In this document: positions 24,402 to 34,467 of the stretch, piece after piece | How positions within the stretch are numbered: the stretch's first letter is position 1 | Layout of the letters: every line of letters begins with the position of its first letter | DNA from: Flavobacteriales bacterium | Lineage (GTDB): Bacteria; Bacteroidota; Bacteroidia; Flavobacteriales_D; Sanyastnellaceae | Length of the DNA: 64,000 bases | Direction: 5' to 3' | Assembly (NCBI GenBank): GCA_044371535.1 | Contig: JBILTL010000001.1 | Location: 9,668-73,667 of the forward strand | Made by a program: the position numbers and the translations under genes | The notes under the pieces: model-generated | Databases searched by the model: none | What the model saw: the letters and a program-made list of their open reading frames with translations, nothing else | Told to the model about the DNA's origin: nothing

Positions 24402-26477
24402 TTATGATTTGTGTGCAAGGTCTAACAAAAACGCATATTCTAAGGCTACTTCCTTCAGGGCTTCAAATCTTCCAGACTTGCCGCCGTGTCCGGCTTCCAT
24501 GGTGCATTTGAAAAACAATTTATTCGAATCGGTCTTCATCTCACGCAACTTCGCCACGTACTTCGCAGGCTCCCAATATTGCACTTGGCTGTCCCAATAC
24601 CCTGTGGTTACAAGGGTATGCGGATAGTCCTTCGCCTCAATATTATCGATAGGAGAATAACTTAACATGTAGTCGTAATATTGCTTGTCTTTCGGATTTC
24701 CCCACTCGTCGAATTCGAACGTAGTAAGTGGAATGCTCTCGTCTAACATCGTCGTCACCACGTCTACAAATGGCACTGCGCTTATGATTCCGTTGAATAG
24801 CGAAGGCGCCATGTTGGCCACCGCACCCATTAACAAACCGCCTGCACTTCCGCCCATAGCGAACAAGTGCTTGCTCGCGGTGTAGTTTTCTTTCACCAAA
24901 AATTCTCCGCAAGCAATGAAGTCGGTGAAGGTGTTTCGCTTCTTCAATAATTTTCCGTCTTCGTACCAGTTGCGTCCCATGTCGCTTCCTCCGCGAATGT
25001 GCGCAATGGCAAAAACAAATCCTCTGTTTAACATGGAAAGTCTTGCACTGCTGAATCCAGCGTCCATGCTGTGTCCGTAGCTTCCGTATGCGTAAAGCAG
25101 ACACGGCGCACTTCCGTTGCGTTCGAAGCCTTTTTTGTATACCAAAGAAATAGGAACCTTCACGCCATCTGATGCCATTGCAAAAATGCGTTCACTGGTA
25201 TAATCACTCGCATTGAATTCACCCAACACCGGTTGTTGTTTTTTCAATTCACGCTCGCGTGTTTTCATGTTGTAATCGAACACGCTTCCCGGGGTGGTCA
25301 TGGATGAATATCCGAAACGAAGCGTCTCGGTATCGAATTCCGGATTTGCTCCAACTCCCGCGCTGTATGTAGGGTCTGGGAATTCGAGGTAGTGCTCTTC
25401 AGACTTGTCCCAACGTGTTACGCGAATGTGCGCCAACCCTTCGGTGCGTTCTTCCAACACCAAATATTCTTTGAACATCTCAACCGATTCCAACAACGTA
25501 TTCTCGCGATGCGGAATCACTTCTTCCCAACTTTCTTTTTCGGTGGAATGAATGGGACATGACATCAATCTGAAGTTCTTCGCTTCCAAATTCGTGAGGA
25601 CGTAGAACTTGTCTTCGTATTGCGTGATGCTGTATTCCAAGTCGCGTTTTCGCTTTTGAAACAAGCGAAACTCTCCTTTCGGGTTATTCGATTCTAACAC
25701 ACGATATTCATCTGAAACCGTTTGAGAACTGCCAATCATTAAGAATTTCTTCGTTTTCGTCTTGAAAACAAAACACGAAAATTCTTCGTCTTTTTCATCG
25801 TAAACCAAAACATCGGAAGCCGTATCTGTTCCCAATTCGTGACGCCAAATCTGACTGTCACGCAGGGTTTGCGCATCTTTCTTCGTGTAGAAAAAATGAA
25901 GGTTGTCTGAAGCCCACGTTGCAGAACCTGAAGTTCCTTCAATGACTTCGTTGAACATTTCTCCCGTTTGAAGATCGCGGACATGCAACGTATAGACTCT
26001 TCGACTTACTTCATCTATTCCGTAAACCATGAAGCGGTTGTTCTCTGAAATGCTCAATCCGCCTAGCGCCCAGTAATCTTTTCCTTTTCCCATTTCTGGA
26101 CCGTTGATGAGAATTTCTTCTTCCCCGGTTTCCATGCTGTCTTTCTTTCTGCAGTTGAAGGCGTAGTCTTGTCCAACTTCAAAACGTGTATAATACCAAT
26201 ATCCGTTTTGCTTTACAGGAACAGAAGAATCGTCTTCTTTGATGCGGCCTTTCATCTCTTCGAACAACTGCTTCTGCAATTCTTCGGTGTGCTTCATTCC
26301 CGCGTCTACGTAGTCGTTCTCTTCCTTCAGATAAGCTAAGACATCGGCAGTTTGCTCGTCTGGAGTAGCAGCGTTTTTCTGTTCGTCTGAAAGGCGCATC
26401 CAGTAGTAGTTGTCGACACGGGTATGTCCGTGTTCCACCAATTCTTTCGCTATTTTCTTTGCACTCGGTGTCTTCAT
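24402..26477 (-). CDS. ptrB: Oligopeptidase B / prolyl oligopeptidase family S9A serine protease
   Basis: 691 aa with a beta-propeller N-domain and a catalytic domain with GGSAGGLLMG nucleophile elbow and C-terminal EAGHGG. Confidence 0.9.
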   Translation of the reverse strand: MKTPSAKKIAKELVEHGHTRVDNYYWMRLSDEQKNAATPDEQTADVLAYLKEENDYVDAGMKHTEELQKQLFEEMKGRIKEDDSSVPVKQNGYWYYTRFEVGQDYAFNCRKKDSMETGEEEILINGPEMGKGKDYWALGGLSISENNRFMVYGIDEVSRRVYTLHVRDLQTGEMFNEVIEGTSGSATWASDNLHFFYTKKDAQTLRDSQIWRHELGTDTASDVLVYDEKDEEFSCFVFKTKTKKFLMIGSSQTVSDEYRVLESNNPKGEFRLFQKRKRDLEYSITQYEDKFYVLTNLEAKNFRLMSCPIHSTEKESWEEVIPHRENTLLESVEMFKEYLVLEERTEGLAHIRVTRWDKSEEHYLEFPDPTYSAGVGANPEFDTETLRFGYSSMTTPGSVFDYNMKTRERELKKQQPVLGEFNASDYTSERIFAMASDGVKVPISLVYKKGFERNGSAPCLLYAYGSYGHSMDAGFSSARLSMLNRGFVFAIAHIRGGSDMGRNWYEDGKLLKKRNTFTDFIACGEFLVKENYTASKHLFAMGGSAGGLLMGAVANMAPSLFNGIISAVPFVDVVTTMLDESIPLTTFEFDEWGNPKDKQYYDYMLSYSPIDNIEAKDYPHTLVTTGYWDSQVQYWEPAKYVAKLREMKTDSNKLFFKCTMEAGHGGKSGRFEALKEVALEYAFLLDLAHKS

Positions 26478-26483
26478 GATAAT

Positions 26484-27161
26484 CTATTTTGAAGTTAGTG
26501 ATTCGCCCACGATGAGGTCAATGGGCGATGTTATTTTAATGTTTTCCAAATTTCCTTCCACCAAAAAAACCGAATGACCGTTCGCTTCCACTACGGAAGC
26601 ATCGTCGGTGAACAACGGGCTGAAAGGCTTGCTATACGCCTCTTTCAACACAGTAGATTCAAAACATTGGGGAGTTTGAATGCGTTTGTACATCGAACGA
26701 TCGACACTCTTGTTGAAAATACCATGCACTTCACGAATGGAATCGTTGATCGGAATAGCGGGTACGACAGCGTTATGTTCATTCAAAGTATTGAAGCAAC
26801 GCGTGAGTGTTTCGTGCGAAACAAGCGGACGCACTGCGTCGTGAATAGCAATATGTTCTACGTCGGAAGAGACGGCTTCAATGCCGTTTCTCACGCTGTG
26901 AAAACGTTCTTCTCCGCCAGCAACGACGGTGTGTTCAGGAACATCTTCAAACTGAAGACACAGGTCTTTCCAGAATGAAATGTAGTCGTGGTGCATGACT
27001 ACAATCATTTCGAAATTCCGATTGAACGAAAAGAAATTTCGAAGCGTATGAATGAGAATGGGCGTGTTGTTGAGTGTTAGGAATTGCTTCGGAAGGGGGC
27101 TTCCCATGCGGGTTCCGGTGCCTCCTGCGACAAAAATGACTGCTTGTTTCACTGTGTTCAT
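26484..27161 (-). CDS. ispD: 2-C-methyl-D-erythritol 4-phosphate cytidylyltransferase
   Basis: VAGGTGTRMGSPLPKQF, HDAVRP, QTPQCF, TDDASV and NIKITSPIDL motifs. Confidence 0.9.
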   Translation of the reverse strand: MNTVKQAVIFVAGGTGTRMGSPLPKQFLTLNNTPILIHTLRNFFSFNRNFEMIVVMHHDYISFWKDLCLQFEDVPEHTVVAGGEERFHSVRNGIEAVSSDVEHIAIHDAVRPLVSHETLTRCFNTLNEHNAVVPAIPINDSIREVHGIFNKSVDRSMYKRIQTPQCFESTVLKEAYSKPFSPLFTDDASVVEANGHSVFLVEGNLENIKITSPIDLIVGESLTSK

Positions 27162-27171
27162 GTCGCAGAAA

Positions 27172-28209
27172 TTAATCTTCTAAATGCGTTGGATATATCA
27201 CCTCATTGGCTGGAACGGTAGCATTCACGCGCTTTCCAACCACTAAATTTCGTTGTGCCCATTTGAATCCATCGCCAGGAGAAAGCATGCACAAATCGGA
27301 TTCTTCAATCACACTTCCCGCAGGAATATCTTTCACCGCGGCAATGCTGCGCTCTAACTTCAATCGAGCAGAAGCCACTGAATCTTCGATCTTCATTTCC
27401 ACTTCACCCATAGACAATTCGAGTTCTCGAATGTCGCGCACCATGCGACGAATACCGTCGGGACCCAACGAACCTTTTTGGTCGGTGCCTTTCAAGTTGC
27501 GGTCGGTGGTGATGTGTTTTTCAATGATGGTTGCACCCATGGCAACTGCTGCCACCGGCGTAAAGATGCCGAGGGTATGGTCGCTGAAACCAATGTTGTA
27601 CTTGGGGTAATTCGCTTGTAAAAAACGAAGGGTATTGAGGTTCACGTTCTTCGGCTGCGTCGGGTATTCACTCGTGCAGTGAAGAATGCTGATGTTCGAA
27701 TGATAATGCGAAATGGTGTCTAACGCGTGATCGAGCTCTTCTTTCCCGGCCATTCCAGTTGAAAGAATAATTGGAATTTTGGTTTCCGCAAGGGCCTCAA
27801 GCAAAGGCAAATTGGTTAAGTCGCGACTGGCTACTTTCAGATAATCGGGCGTGAATCGTTTCAACAAAGAGAGACATCCGCGTGCGCAAAGTGTTTCCAC
27901 AAAATCGAGTCCCTTTGCTTTGGCGCAGTGAAACAACTCTTCGTGTTGTTCGTCGTTGAACTCAAGAAAGGCGCGGTGTTCGCCATAGGTGGCACCGAAG
28001 GAATGTGGACTGTTGTAGGGGGCATTCATTTGCGACTGACTGAGTTCTTCGTTCAGGTCGCGCTTGGTGAACTTCACGGCGTTCATGGGTTTCAGAGAAA
28101 GCTGAAAATAATCTTCAACGACGGGTTGCGCCGCAAGATCCATGATCTCCTTCGCCAGTTCCACGGAACCGTTGTGGTTTTGTCCTATTTCTCCGATTAT
28201 GTAGGTCAC
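27172..28209 (-). CDS. N-acetylneuraminate synthase family protein (NeuB/PseI/SpsE-like) with C-terminal SAF domain
   Basis: IIGEIGQNHNGS start motif, TIM-barrel aldolase core (KFTKRD, ILHCTSEYPT, GFSDHT) and a SAF-like C-terminus. 345 aa. Confidence 0.85.
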   Translation of the reverse strand: MTYIIGEIGQNHNGSVELAKEIMDLAAQPVVEDYFQLSLKPMNAVKFTKRDLNEELSQSQMNAPYNSPHSFGATYGEHRAFLEFNDEQHEELFHCAKAKGLDFVETLCARGCLSLLKRFTPDYLKVASRDLTNLPLLEALAETKIPIILSTGMAGKEELDHALDTISHYHSNISILHCTSEYPTQPKNVNLNTLRFLQANYPKYNIGFSDHTLGIFTPVAAVAMGATIIEKHITTDRNLKGTDQKGSLGPDGIRRMVRDIRELELSMGEVEMKIEDSVASARLKLERSIAAVKDIPAGSVIEESDLCMLSPGDGFKWAQRNLVVGKRVNATVPANEVIYPTHLED

Positions 28210-28250
28210 CTTACAAAGATAGTATTATTCACGGGGTGAAAGTTGCTAAA

Positions 28251-28352
28251 GCAAGGTTCTGCGAAAGGTGTGTTACAAGATTCTATCGAAAGATGTTTCA
28301 CAAGGTGCGGAGCAAGATTCTGCGAAAGATGTTTCACAAGGTGCTTCGCAAG
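28251..28352. repeat. CAAGAT/CAAGGT-word mini-hairpin array (one arm)
   Basis: gcaaggttctgcgaaaggtgtgttacaagattctatcgaaagatgtttcacaaggtgcggagcaagattctgcgaaagatgtttcacaaggtgcttcgcaagg. Lies between the neuB-like start and the DUF2480 stop. Confidence 0.85.
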
Positions 28353-28364
28353 GAACTGAGATTG

Positions 28365-28859
28365 TTATCGTTTGAAGAGGGGAACAGTGGAGCAGGGTTC
28401 TCCATACATGATGCGGTTGGAGACAGGTTGCAGTTTTTGAGAAAGTTGAATGTAAACTTCTTCTGTTAGTCGAAGGGAAGTGCAGCCCTTAACGACTACA
28501 TTTTTATCTTGAAATTTCGAAATATCCAATTGTTGAATAAAGGCTAGTGCTCTTAGTGTGTCTAAATTTTCTGGAGATGAAAAATGACATTGGGCATTCA
28601 CTTCGGCAAGTTTCAATGCCAATAGCATGTATGCCCAAACGGGTATAATGGCATCTACCGAACAGTAAATAGCTACTATTTTATTCTCGAAAACGGAAGT
28701 GTCTAATGCAGAAACAAATTCACGAAAATCCTTTTCTTTCAGCGCTATGCCTTGCCACAACTGCGGAGCAATATCTATTGTCGCACCTGCAAACGTTTCT
28801 ACTTCTTCAGCTATATCTAGCGTAATGAGTTTACTATTTGCAACTTTGTTTTCTATCAT
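28365..28859 (-). CDS. DUF2480-like hypothetical protein
   Basis: 164 aa, soluble. Recalled similarity to the Bacteroidota DUF2480 family (LWQGIALKEKDFREF..., AIYCSVDAIIPVWAYMLL). Flanked on both sides by CAAGAT arrays. Confidence 0.55.
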   Translation of the reverse strand: MIENKVANSKLITLDIAEEVETFAGATIDIAPQLWQGIALKEKDFREFVSALDTSVFENKIVAIYCSVDAIIPVWAYMLLALKLAEVNAQCHFSSPENLDTLRALAFIQQLDISKFQDKNVVVKGCTSLRLTEEVYIQLSQKLQPVSNRIMYGEPCSTVPLFKR

Positions 28860-28883
28860 GTTTCAAAAGTACTTTATTCTGGT

Positions 28884-29046
28884 GAAAGATTTTTCAAAAG
28901 ATGCTGAAGGCAAGATTCTGCGAAAGGTGTGTTTCAAGATGCCGGAGGCAAGATTCTGCGAAAGATGACAAGCAAGAAGCCTGCGGCTAGAAGCATACAC
29001 TTACGACGTATCTTTCAAGGAATCTTGTGAAACATCTTGCAAAGCT
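28884..29046. repeat. CAAGAT-word mini-hairpin array, two inverted arms
   Basis: The left arm uses AAGAT words (gatgccggaggcaagattctgcgaaagat). The centre is aagcc-tgc-ggct. The right arm uses ATCTT words (tatctttcaaggaatcttgtgaaacatcttgcaaag). Confidence 0.85.
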
Positions 29047-29089
29047 TGGGAGGAAGAATTGAGATTGTCTTTCCAAAGAGAAAGAAATC

Positions 29090-29764
29090 TTAATTCGCGT
29101 AACGCTCACTCACAAAATTCCAATTCACAACTGTGAAAATAGCCGTTAAATAATCTGCTCGTTTGTTCTGATATTTCAAGTAATAGGCGTGCTCCCAAAC
29201 GTCGATGCCAAGGATTGGAGTGCCTGGCTTGTCAACGACCTTCGACATAAGCGGATTGTCTTGATTGGCAGTTGACGTAACGAACAGTCCGCCTTTAGCG
29301 TCTTTGCATAACCACACCCATCCACTGCCGAAACGTGACTTCCCTTCATCGGTCATAACCTTTTTTAGGTTGTCAATACTTCCGAAGTCGCGCTGAATTG
29401 CGGCGGCTAATTCCTTACTTGGCTCTCCTGCTGTGCTTGGAGCAGACAAACAATTCCAGAAAAAAGTGTGATTGAAATGCCCGCCGCCGTTGTTGCGAAT
29501 AGCCATGTCTTTCGCATCTACTGCCGCGCACAATTGCTCAATTGTAAGTTTCGCGTACTTCTGATTTGCCTCGACCTTCATGGCAGTATTCAAATTTGTG
29601 ACGTAAGCCAAGTGATGCTTATCGTGGTGAATATGCATGGTCTCTGCGTCAATTGCAGGTTCCAAGGCCTCATAGGCATAGGGCAATTCTGGGACAATCC
29701 AATCCTGAGCGAAGCTCATTGTTCCACAAAAAAGAAAACCTACAGCAAGCAACAAATTTTTCAT
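29090..29764 (-). CDS. Fe/Mn superoxide dismutase, secreted (signal peptide)
   Basis: LPYAYEALEPAIDAETMHIHHDKHH and DVWEHAYYLKYQNKRADY are canonical SOD motifs. N-terminal signal sequence. Confidence 0.95.
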   Translation of the reverse strand: MKNLLLAVGFLFCGTMSFAQDWIVPELPYAYEALEPAIDAETMHIHHDKHHLAYVTNLNTAMKVEANQKYAKLTIEQLCAAVDAKDMAIRNNGGGHFNHTFFWNCLSAPSTAGEPSKELAAAIQRDFGSIDNLKKVMTDEGKSRFGSGWVWLCKDAKGGLFVTSTANQDNPLMSKVVDKPGTPILGIDVWEHAYYLKYQNKRADYLTAIFTVVNWNFVSERYAN

Positions 29765-29860
29765 AGTTAGCGTTATTGGTTCGTTCGAACAACGAGTTGT
29801 GAGTTACTTCACAACTCCTTCCCAAAAGTAGTTCATACACCGTGTACTTTTAAACTAAGA

Positions 29861-32572
29861 ATGGAAGAAGTAAAAGAAATCGATGGAGGAGCAGTTCTTC
29901 AGGAAAATAAAAAACCGAAGAAGCGCTTCAAGTGGATCAAGCGCATATTCTTAGGCTTGTTCATCATTGCCGCGCTCTTGTTCTCGGGTTTGGTTATTGC
30001 GGTTACCGTGTACGAAGATGAAATTGTAACCTACGCCCTTCAAACCGTGCAAGGAAATTTAAAAACGAAGTCCAGCATTCGCGAAGCAGACCTTACCCTT
30101 TGGAACAACTTCCCTTCTGTTTCCATTCGATTCAAAGAGGTCTATGTGGAAGAGAATTCTTCCGCGCACGATACGCTTTTATTTGCCAAAGAATTGTACT
30201 TGTCTTTCGACATCGTTGATCTTTTCAGCGGGAAGTACAACATTGATGAAATTGAAGCGAAAGACGGCACATTCAACATGCGGGTTGACAATAAGGGGAA
30301 GATGAACTGGGACGTTTGGAAGCCCGACACTTCTTCCACCCCGAATGAAAAATTTAAAATTCATTTGGAAGACATTGTAGGTGAAAACATATCTTACCTC
30401 TACGAAGACGAACAAGAAAAAACGTTCATCGATGTCAAACTGAATGAACTGCAAGCTTCCGGAAAATTCACCGAAAAACAATTCCTTCTCGACATTGAAA
30501 CGAATGCCTTCATGAATGTGTTGTATGCTGGAGAAACAGAGATGCTTCGCAAGCGAAAGATTGGTCTCGATTCAGAGATGCAAGTGAATCTCGATAACAA
30601 TACGTTCGTGATTCAAACAGGAGAATTCTTGCTAGAAGAAGTTCCATTAAATATCACTGGAAGCCTTGATTACGGTGAGCATCCGAGCATTGATTTACAC
30701 ATTGCAGAAACTGAATTGGAGTTGAAAGAAGGAATCTTGTTGCTTCCGAATTCCATGCAAGTACAGCTTCAGCCCTACGCTCCTGCGGGTAATGTTCATT
30801 TCAATTTCGATATGAGCGGTCCGTTCGAAAACCTTGCAATTTCTTCCAAATTTTCAGTGAAAGACGGTGAGTTGGTTGAAATAAATTCGGGCGCGGATTT
30901 GCACTCGATTCAACTCGATGCGAATTATGTGTTGAAGGAAGGAACAGACAGTGTGACCATAGCTAACTTCCAGTCTGTACTGGGCACAGGGACACTTAGC
31001 GGAAAAGGAAGCATTCGAAATTTGAGCGACCCTGTGTTGAATCTCGCAGTGAATGCCGAAACCAATTTGGGCGATGTGAAAGGTTTCTTCGGCTGGGATT
31101 CGCTTGCGGTGTGCGACGGACAAATTTCTGCGCAATCGACTATTCAAGGAAAGATCGCTTTCCAAGAAGCCGATAGTACCTTCGACTGGTCGCAACTGCA
31201 TTTAAACGGAAGAGCGCAAGTAACAGAAGGGAGCTTTCAATGGGCGACTTCGAATGGTCTTTTCAAAAATATAAATGGAGCATTTTTACTGAACGGTTCC
31301 GATGCGCGTGTAGAGCAATTGAACTTCAACATAAACGATAATTACTGTAATTTTTCGGGTGAATTCTATTCGCTTATTCCCTTCTTCACCACAGACAATT
31401 CGGTGCTTACGGTGCAAGCGCATTTGTATTCCAACAGATTGGACTTAGAGAAGCTGTTAAGCGCAGCAGGCTCTTCCGATAGTGAACTTCAAATTGCATT
31501 GCCCACAACAGTGAAGCTGAATTTAACTACGCAGATAGACCAATTCTTATTCAAGTCTTTCAACGCTTCCAACATCAAAGGAACCGTGAATTATGCGAAT
31601 GGAAATCTTACCATTTCTCCGCTGAGCATGAACCTTGCGAGCGGCAGTCTAGCCGCCGACTTCAGCTTGTCTCCAACGAGTAATGGACAATTCGGTGTGA
31701 CTTGCACTGGAGCATTGAATAACATAGACATTCAACAATCGTTCTTACTGTTCGATAATTTCGGACAATCGTATTTAACGCAAAACAACATCAAAGGAAA
31801 CGCAACCGTGTTGGCCGATTTCCAGACAACATTGGGCGCAGATTTAAGTGTACTTCCGAACAGCATTAAATCTGATTTGCAGGTGAACATTGAAAACGGT
31901 GAGCTTAATGATGTTGAGTCTTTTCAATATCTCATCACCTACATCAAAGGAAACAAGTGGATAGCTCCGTTGGTAAAGGAAGATGATTTCGCAGAGAAAC
32001 TTCGTCACATTAAATTCTCTACGCTTCAAAATTCCATTCACATTGAAAACTCGATAATTTCATTTCCTTTAATGGACATTGAATCGAGTGCCATGTCGAT
32101 AACCATGGAGGGAACGCATAGCTTCGATAATGTGCTCGACTATCGCATCGGTTTCGACTTGAAAGAAGTGTTGCTGAATGCTTCTAGCACAGCGGGAGAA
32201 AAGAGCGGAAGACAGATCTATTTGTACATGCGCGGACCCATTGACAACTTAGAATTTGGCTTAGATAAAGACGCCCTTCGCAGCGATCGTGTTTCGGCAA
32301 AGCTGATAGAAAAAGAAAAATTAAATCGAATTTTCTCCAACGCCTTTGCCTGGAGAAAGGAACGTGAAAGTAATCGCGAGAGTACTCGTGAGCCCATATT
32401 TTCCGGACTTCGAAATGAAAAACCGAATGAACCTTCGGTTGTAAAACCACCCATTCAAGAACGCATTGCTCCATACATAAAAGACAATGTTACTCCGGAA
32501 GCCAAAGCGGCAAAGGAGAAGAAAACGCCCAAGTGGCTTCAAGAGAAACAAGAATACGAAGAGGAAGAATGA
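29861..32572 (+). CDS. AsmA-family outer-membrane biogenesis protein
   Basis: 903 aa with a single N-terminal TM anchor and a long beta-rich periplasmic domain with an AsmA-like C-terminal region. Charged low-complexity tail. Confidence 0.7.
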   Translation: MEEVKEIDGGAVLQENKKPKKRFKWIKRIFLGLFIIAALLFSGLVIAVTVYEDEIVTYALQTVQGNLKTKSSIREADLTLWNNFPSVSIRFKEVYVEENSSAHDTLLFAKELYLSFDIVDLFSGKYNIDEIEAKDGTFNMRVDNKGKMNWDVWKPDTSSTPNEKFKIHLEDIVGENISYLYEDEQEKTFIDVKLNELQASGKFTEKQFLLDIETNAFMNVLYAGETEMLRKRKIGLDSEMQVNLDNNTFVIQTGEFLLEEVPLNITGSLDYGEHPSIDLHIAETELELKEGILLLPNSMQVQLQPYAPAGNVHFNFDMSGPFENLAISSKFSVKDGELVEINSGADLHSIQLDANYVLKEGTDSVTIANFQSVLGTGTLSGKGSIRNLSDPVLNLAVNAETNLGDVKGFFGWDSLAVCDGQISAQSTIQGKIAFQEADSTFDWSQLHLNGRAQVTEGSFQWATSNGLFKNINGAFLLNGSDARVEQLNFNINDNYCNFSGEFYSLIPFFTTDNSVLTVQAHLYSNRLDLEKLLSAAGSSDSELQIALPTTVKLNLTTQIDQFLFKSFNASNIKGTVNYANGNLTISPLSMNLASGSLAADFSLSPTSNGQFGVTCTGALNNIDIQQSFLLFDNFGQSYLTQNNIKGNATVLADFQTTLGADLSVLPNSIKSDLQVNIENGELNDVESFQYLITYIKGNKWIAPLVKEDDFAEKLRHIKFSTLQNSIHIENSIISFPLMDIESSAMSITMEGTHSFDNVLDYRIGFDLKEVLLNASSTAGEKSGRQIYLYMRGPIDNLEFGLDKDALRSDRVSAKLIEKEKLNRIFSNAFAWRKERESNRESTREPIFSGLRNEKPNEPSVVKPPIQERIAPYIKDNVTPEAKAAKEKKTPKWLQEKQEYEEEE

Positions 32573-33903
32573 CCCTACCGGAAGCTTTTGTCAACCGTCT
32601 GAAAACGCAATTTCCCGCCGAGTGGGAACTCATGATTCCCGCATACGACCGCGAGATTCAGACCTCAGTGTTAACACATCCAACGAAATTCAAAAACACT
32701 TCCATTCAAGGCAAGCCTGTTGCTTGGAATGCGCTTGGTCTGTTGTTGGAAGAACGCCCGAAATTTACTTTCGATCCGCATTATCACGCTGGAGCATATT
32801 ATTCGCAGGAGGCGAATTCAATGCTCATTGGACATTTGTTTCAGCATGCCATTCAAGAAATTGAAAATCCCGCTGTGCTCGATCTCTGCGCTGCTCCAGG
32901 TGGAAAGAGCTTAATCTATTCTACCCTACTTGGCGAAAACGGTGTTTTGGTAGCGAATGAAGTGATGCCCCAACGTTTAAGCATACTTCGTGAAAACCTT
33001 GACAAATGGGGCATTCCGAATGTATTCACGTTGGGAATGTATCCGAATAAAATTCCTTTTACCCATGCCTTCGATGTGGTTGCTGTAGACGCTCCGTGCA
33101 GCGGAGAAGGTTTGTTCCGTAAGCAAGTCGACTATCGCGGCGAGTGGAAAGAATCGTTTGCACAAAGCTGCGCTATTCGTCAGCATGAAATACTTCAAGA
33201 AGCTGTTCGCTTATTGAAGCCAGGTGGTTACTTATTGTATTCAACATGCACGTTCGCACCTGAAGAAAATGAAGACATGCTTCAGTATTTAAGCGATGAA
33301 TTTCAACTTGAAAATATACCGGTTGAAATGCAATCAGATTGGAAAGTAGATGTCGTAAAATGCGCTGCTGGAGAGGGATACCGAATGCTTCCGCACAACA
33401 CACCTGGCGAAGGATTCTTCTGTACGCTCTTGAAAAAGCCAGAAGGGCAATCTGAAAAAACGCGCTTCAAACCGAACATGAAAATTGTTCCGTTGAATGC
33501 AAAAGAACGCGCCACTACGAATGTCTTTATTCGTGAAGATGTTGCGCTGGTTAAAAATGAAAAAGGATTGGTATTTCTCGATACCCTTCAACATACATTC
33601 AAAGATCTTTGGCGTGCGATGCTACCGAATGCAAACGCGGGAACGCTTGTGGGCGAGTTCATGAAAGATAAATTCATTCCCGGTCAAGGTATTGCGAATA
33701 CTGGCGTTGAAGCGCATTCGGTTAAAAAGCTAGAGCTGTCTTACGAAGACGTGATTCGTTATTTGAAGAAGGAAGTGATACAGGTTGAAGCCGAGGCGGG
33801 TTTTGTTTTAGTCACCTTCGAACAACAAAATATTGGATGGGGTAAAGTGGTTGGAACCCGCTTGAACAATAACTATCCGAATGAATGGCGGATTCGTTCT
33901 TAA
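32569..33903 (+). CDS. SAM-dependent RNA cytosine-C5 methyltransferase (RsmF/RsmB, NOL1/NOP2/Sun family)
   Basis: DLCAAPGGKS SAM motif and the DAPCSG / STCT catalytic cysteines. Start at ATG 32569 gives an ATGA overlap with the asmA stop. Confidence 0.8.
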   Translation: MTLPEAFVNRLKTQFPAEWELMIPAYDREIQTSVLTHPTKFKNTSIQGKPVAWNALGLLLEERPKFTFDPHYHAGAYYSQEANSMLIGHLFQHAIQEIENPAVLDLCAAPGGKSLIYSTLLGENGVLVANEVMPQRLSILRENLDKWGIPNVFTLGMYPNKIPFTHAFDVVAVDAPCSGEGLFRKQVDYRGEWKESFAQSCAIRQHEILQEAVRLLKPGGYLLYSTCTFAPEENEDMLQYLSDEFQLENIPVEMQSDWKVDVVKCAAGEGYRMLPHNTPGEGFFCTLLKKPEGQSEKTRFKPNMKIVPLNAKERATTNVFIREDVALVKNEKGLVFLDTLQHTFKDLWRAMLPNANAGTLVGEFMKDKFIPGQGIANTGVEAHSVKKLELSYEDVIRYLKKEVIQVEAEAGFVLVTFEQQNIGWGKVVGTRLNNNYPNEWRIRS

Positions 33904-34403
33904 GACGTTTTTTCTGGAATTTGCTTGTCGAAATCTTCGATTGCTGGAATAACGGTTTTCGAAAAATCGTTCACCGGTTCGTACACAATTGAAGCGTCTT
34001 TTTGCGATTGCGGAATCATGTGGAACTTGTCGTCAAGTGCATGCAGCATGACGAACAGCGAGCTAGTTCCAAGTAGATACTTCGCCAATGAAAATGTTGC
34101 GCCCAAAGCTTTGTTCCACTTCTCGCCACTTCCCTTTATGTTTTTCGAAATAAGTTTTCCGAGGAAATACATTCCAATGACAACAACCAAAAAGATTCCC
34201 AAGAACACCCCTACTCGCGTGCTTATTGAACCGTCGGTTGCACCGATCATTTTCGCAACAGTTTCAGACAAGTACACTGCAGCGTAAATGCCCACAAAGA
34301 AGGCCAAGAACGAGAACAATTCCGAAACGAAACCGTTCATCCAACCGCGCCAAAGTGCCCACACCAAGATGAGTACTAGAATTATATCGAGATAGCTTAC
34401 CAC
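33900..34403 (-). CDS. cvpA: CvpA-family membrane protein
   Basis: 167 aa with four predicted TM helices and N-terminal DIILVLILVWALWRGWMNGF typical of CvpA. Confidence 0.75.
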   Translation of the reverse strand: MVSYLDIILVLILVWALWRGWMNGFVSELFSFLAFFVGIYAAVYLSETVAKMIGATDGSISTRVGVFLGIFLVVVIGMYFLGKLISKNIKGSGEKWNKALGATFSLAKYLLGTSSLFVMLHALDDKFHMIPQSQKDASIVYEPVNDFSKTVIPAIEDFDKQIPEKTS

Positions 34404-34467
34404 ATTTCGAAACTAATCTAATTTTCAAGCCTTTCTGTTTATGGCTTCAGTACTTTTTCACTTCTGA

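Noticed and set aside
24643-25104. 153-aa nested ORF, plus many similar 60-150-aa ORFs inside larger genes (for example 13258-13737, 32487-32864, 58064-58534)
   Set aside because: Each lies in an alternative frame or antisense within a gene that has strong family motifs. Their Arg/Cys/His-rich composition is typical of out-of-frame translation.
28236-28469. 77-aa ORF MKVAKARFCERCVTRFYRKMFHKVRSKILRKMFHKV...
   Set aside because: Its repetitive sequence is simply a translation of the CAAGAT/CAAGGT array at 28251-28352, and its 3' part is antisense to the DUF2480-like gene. No start context or family supports it.
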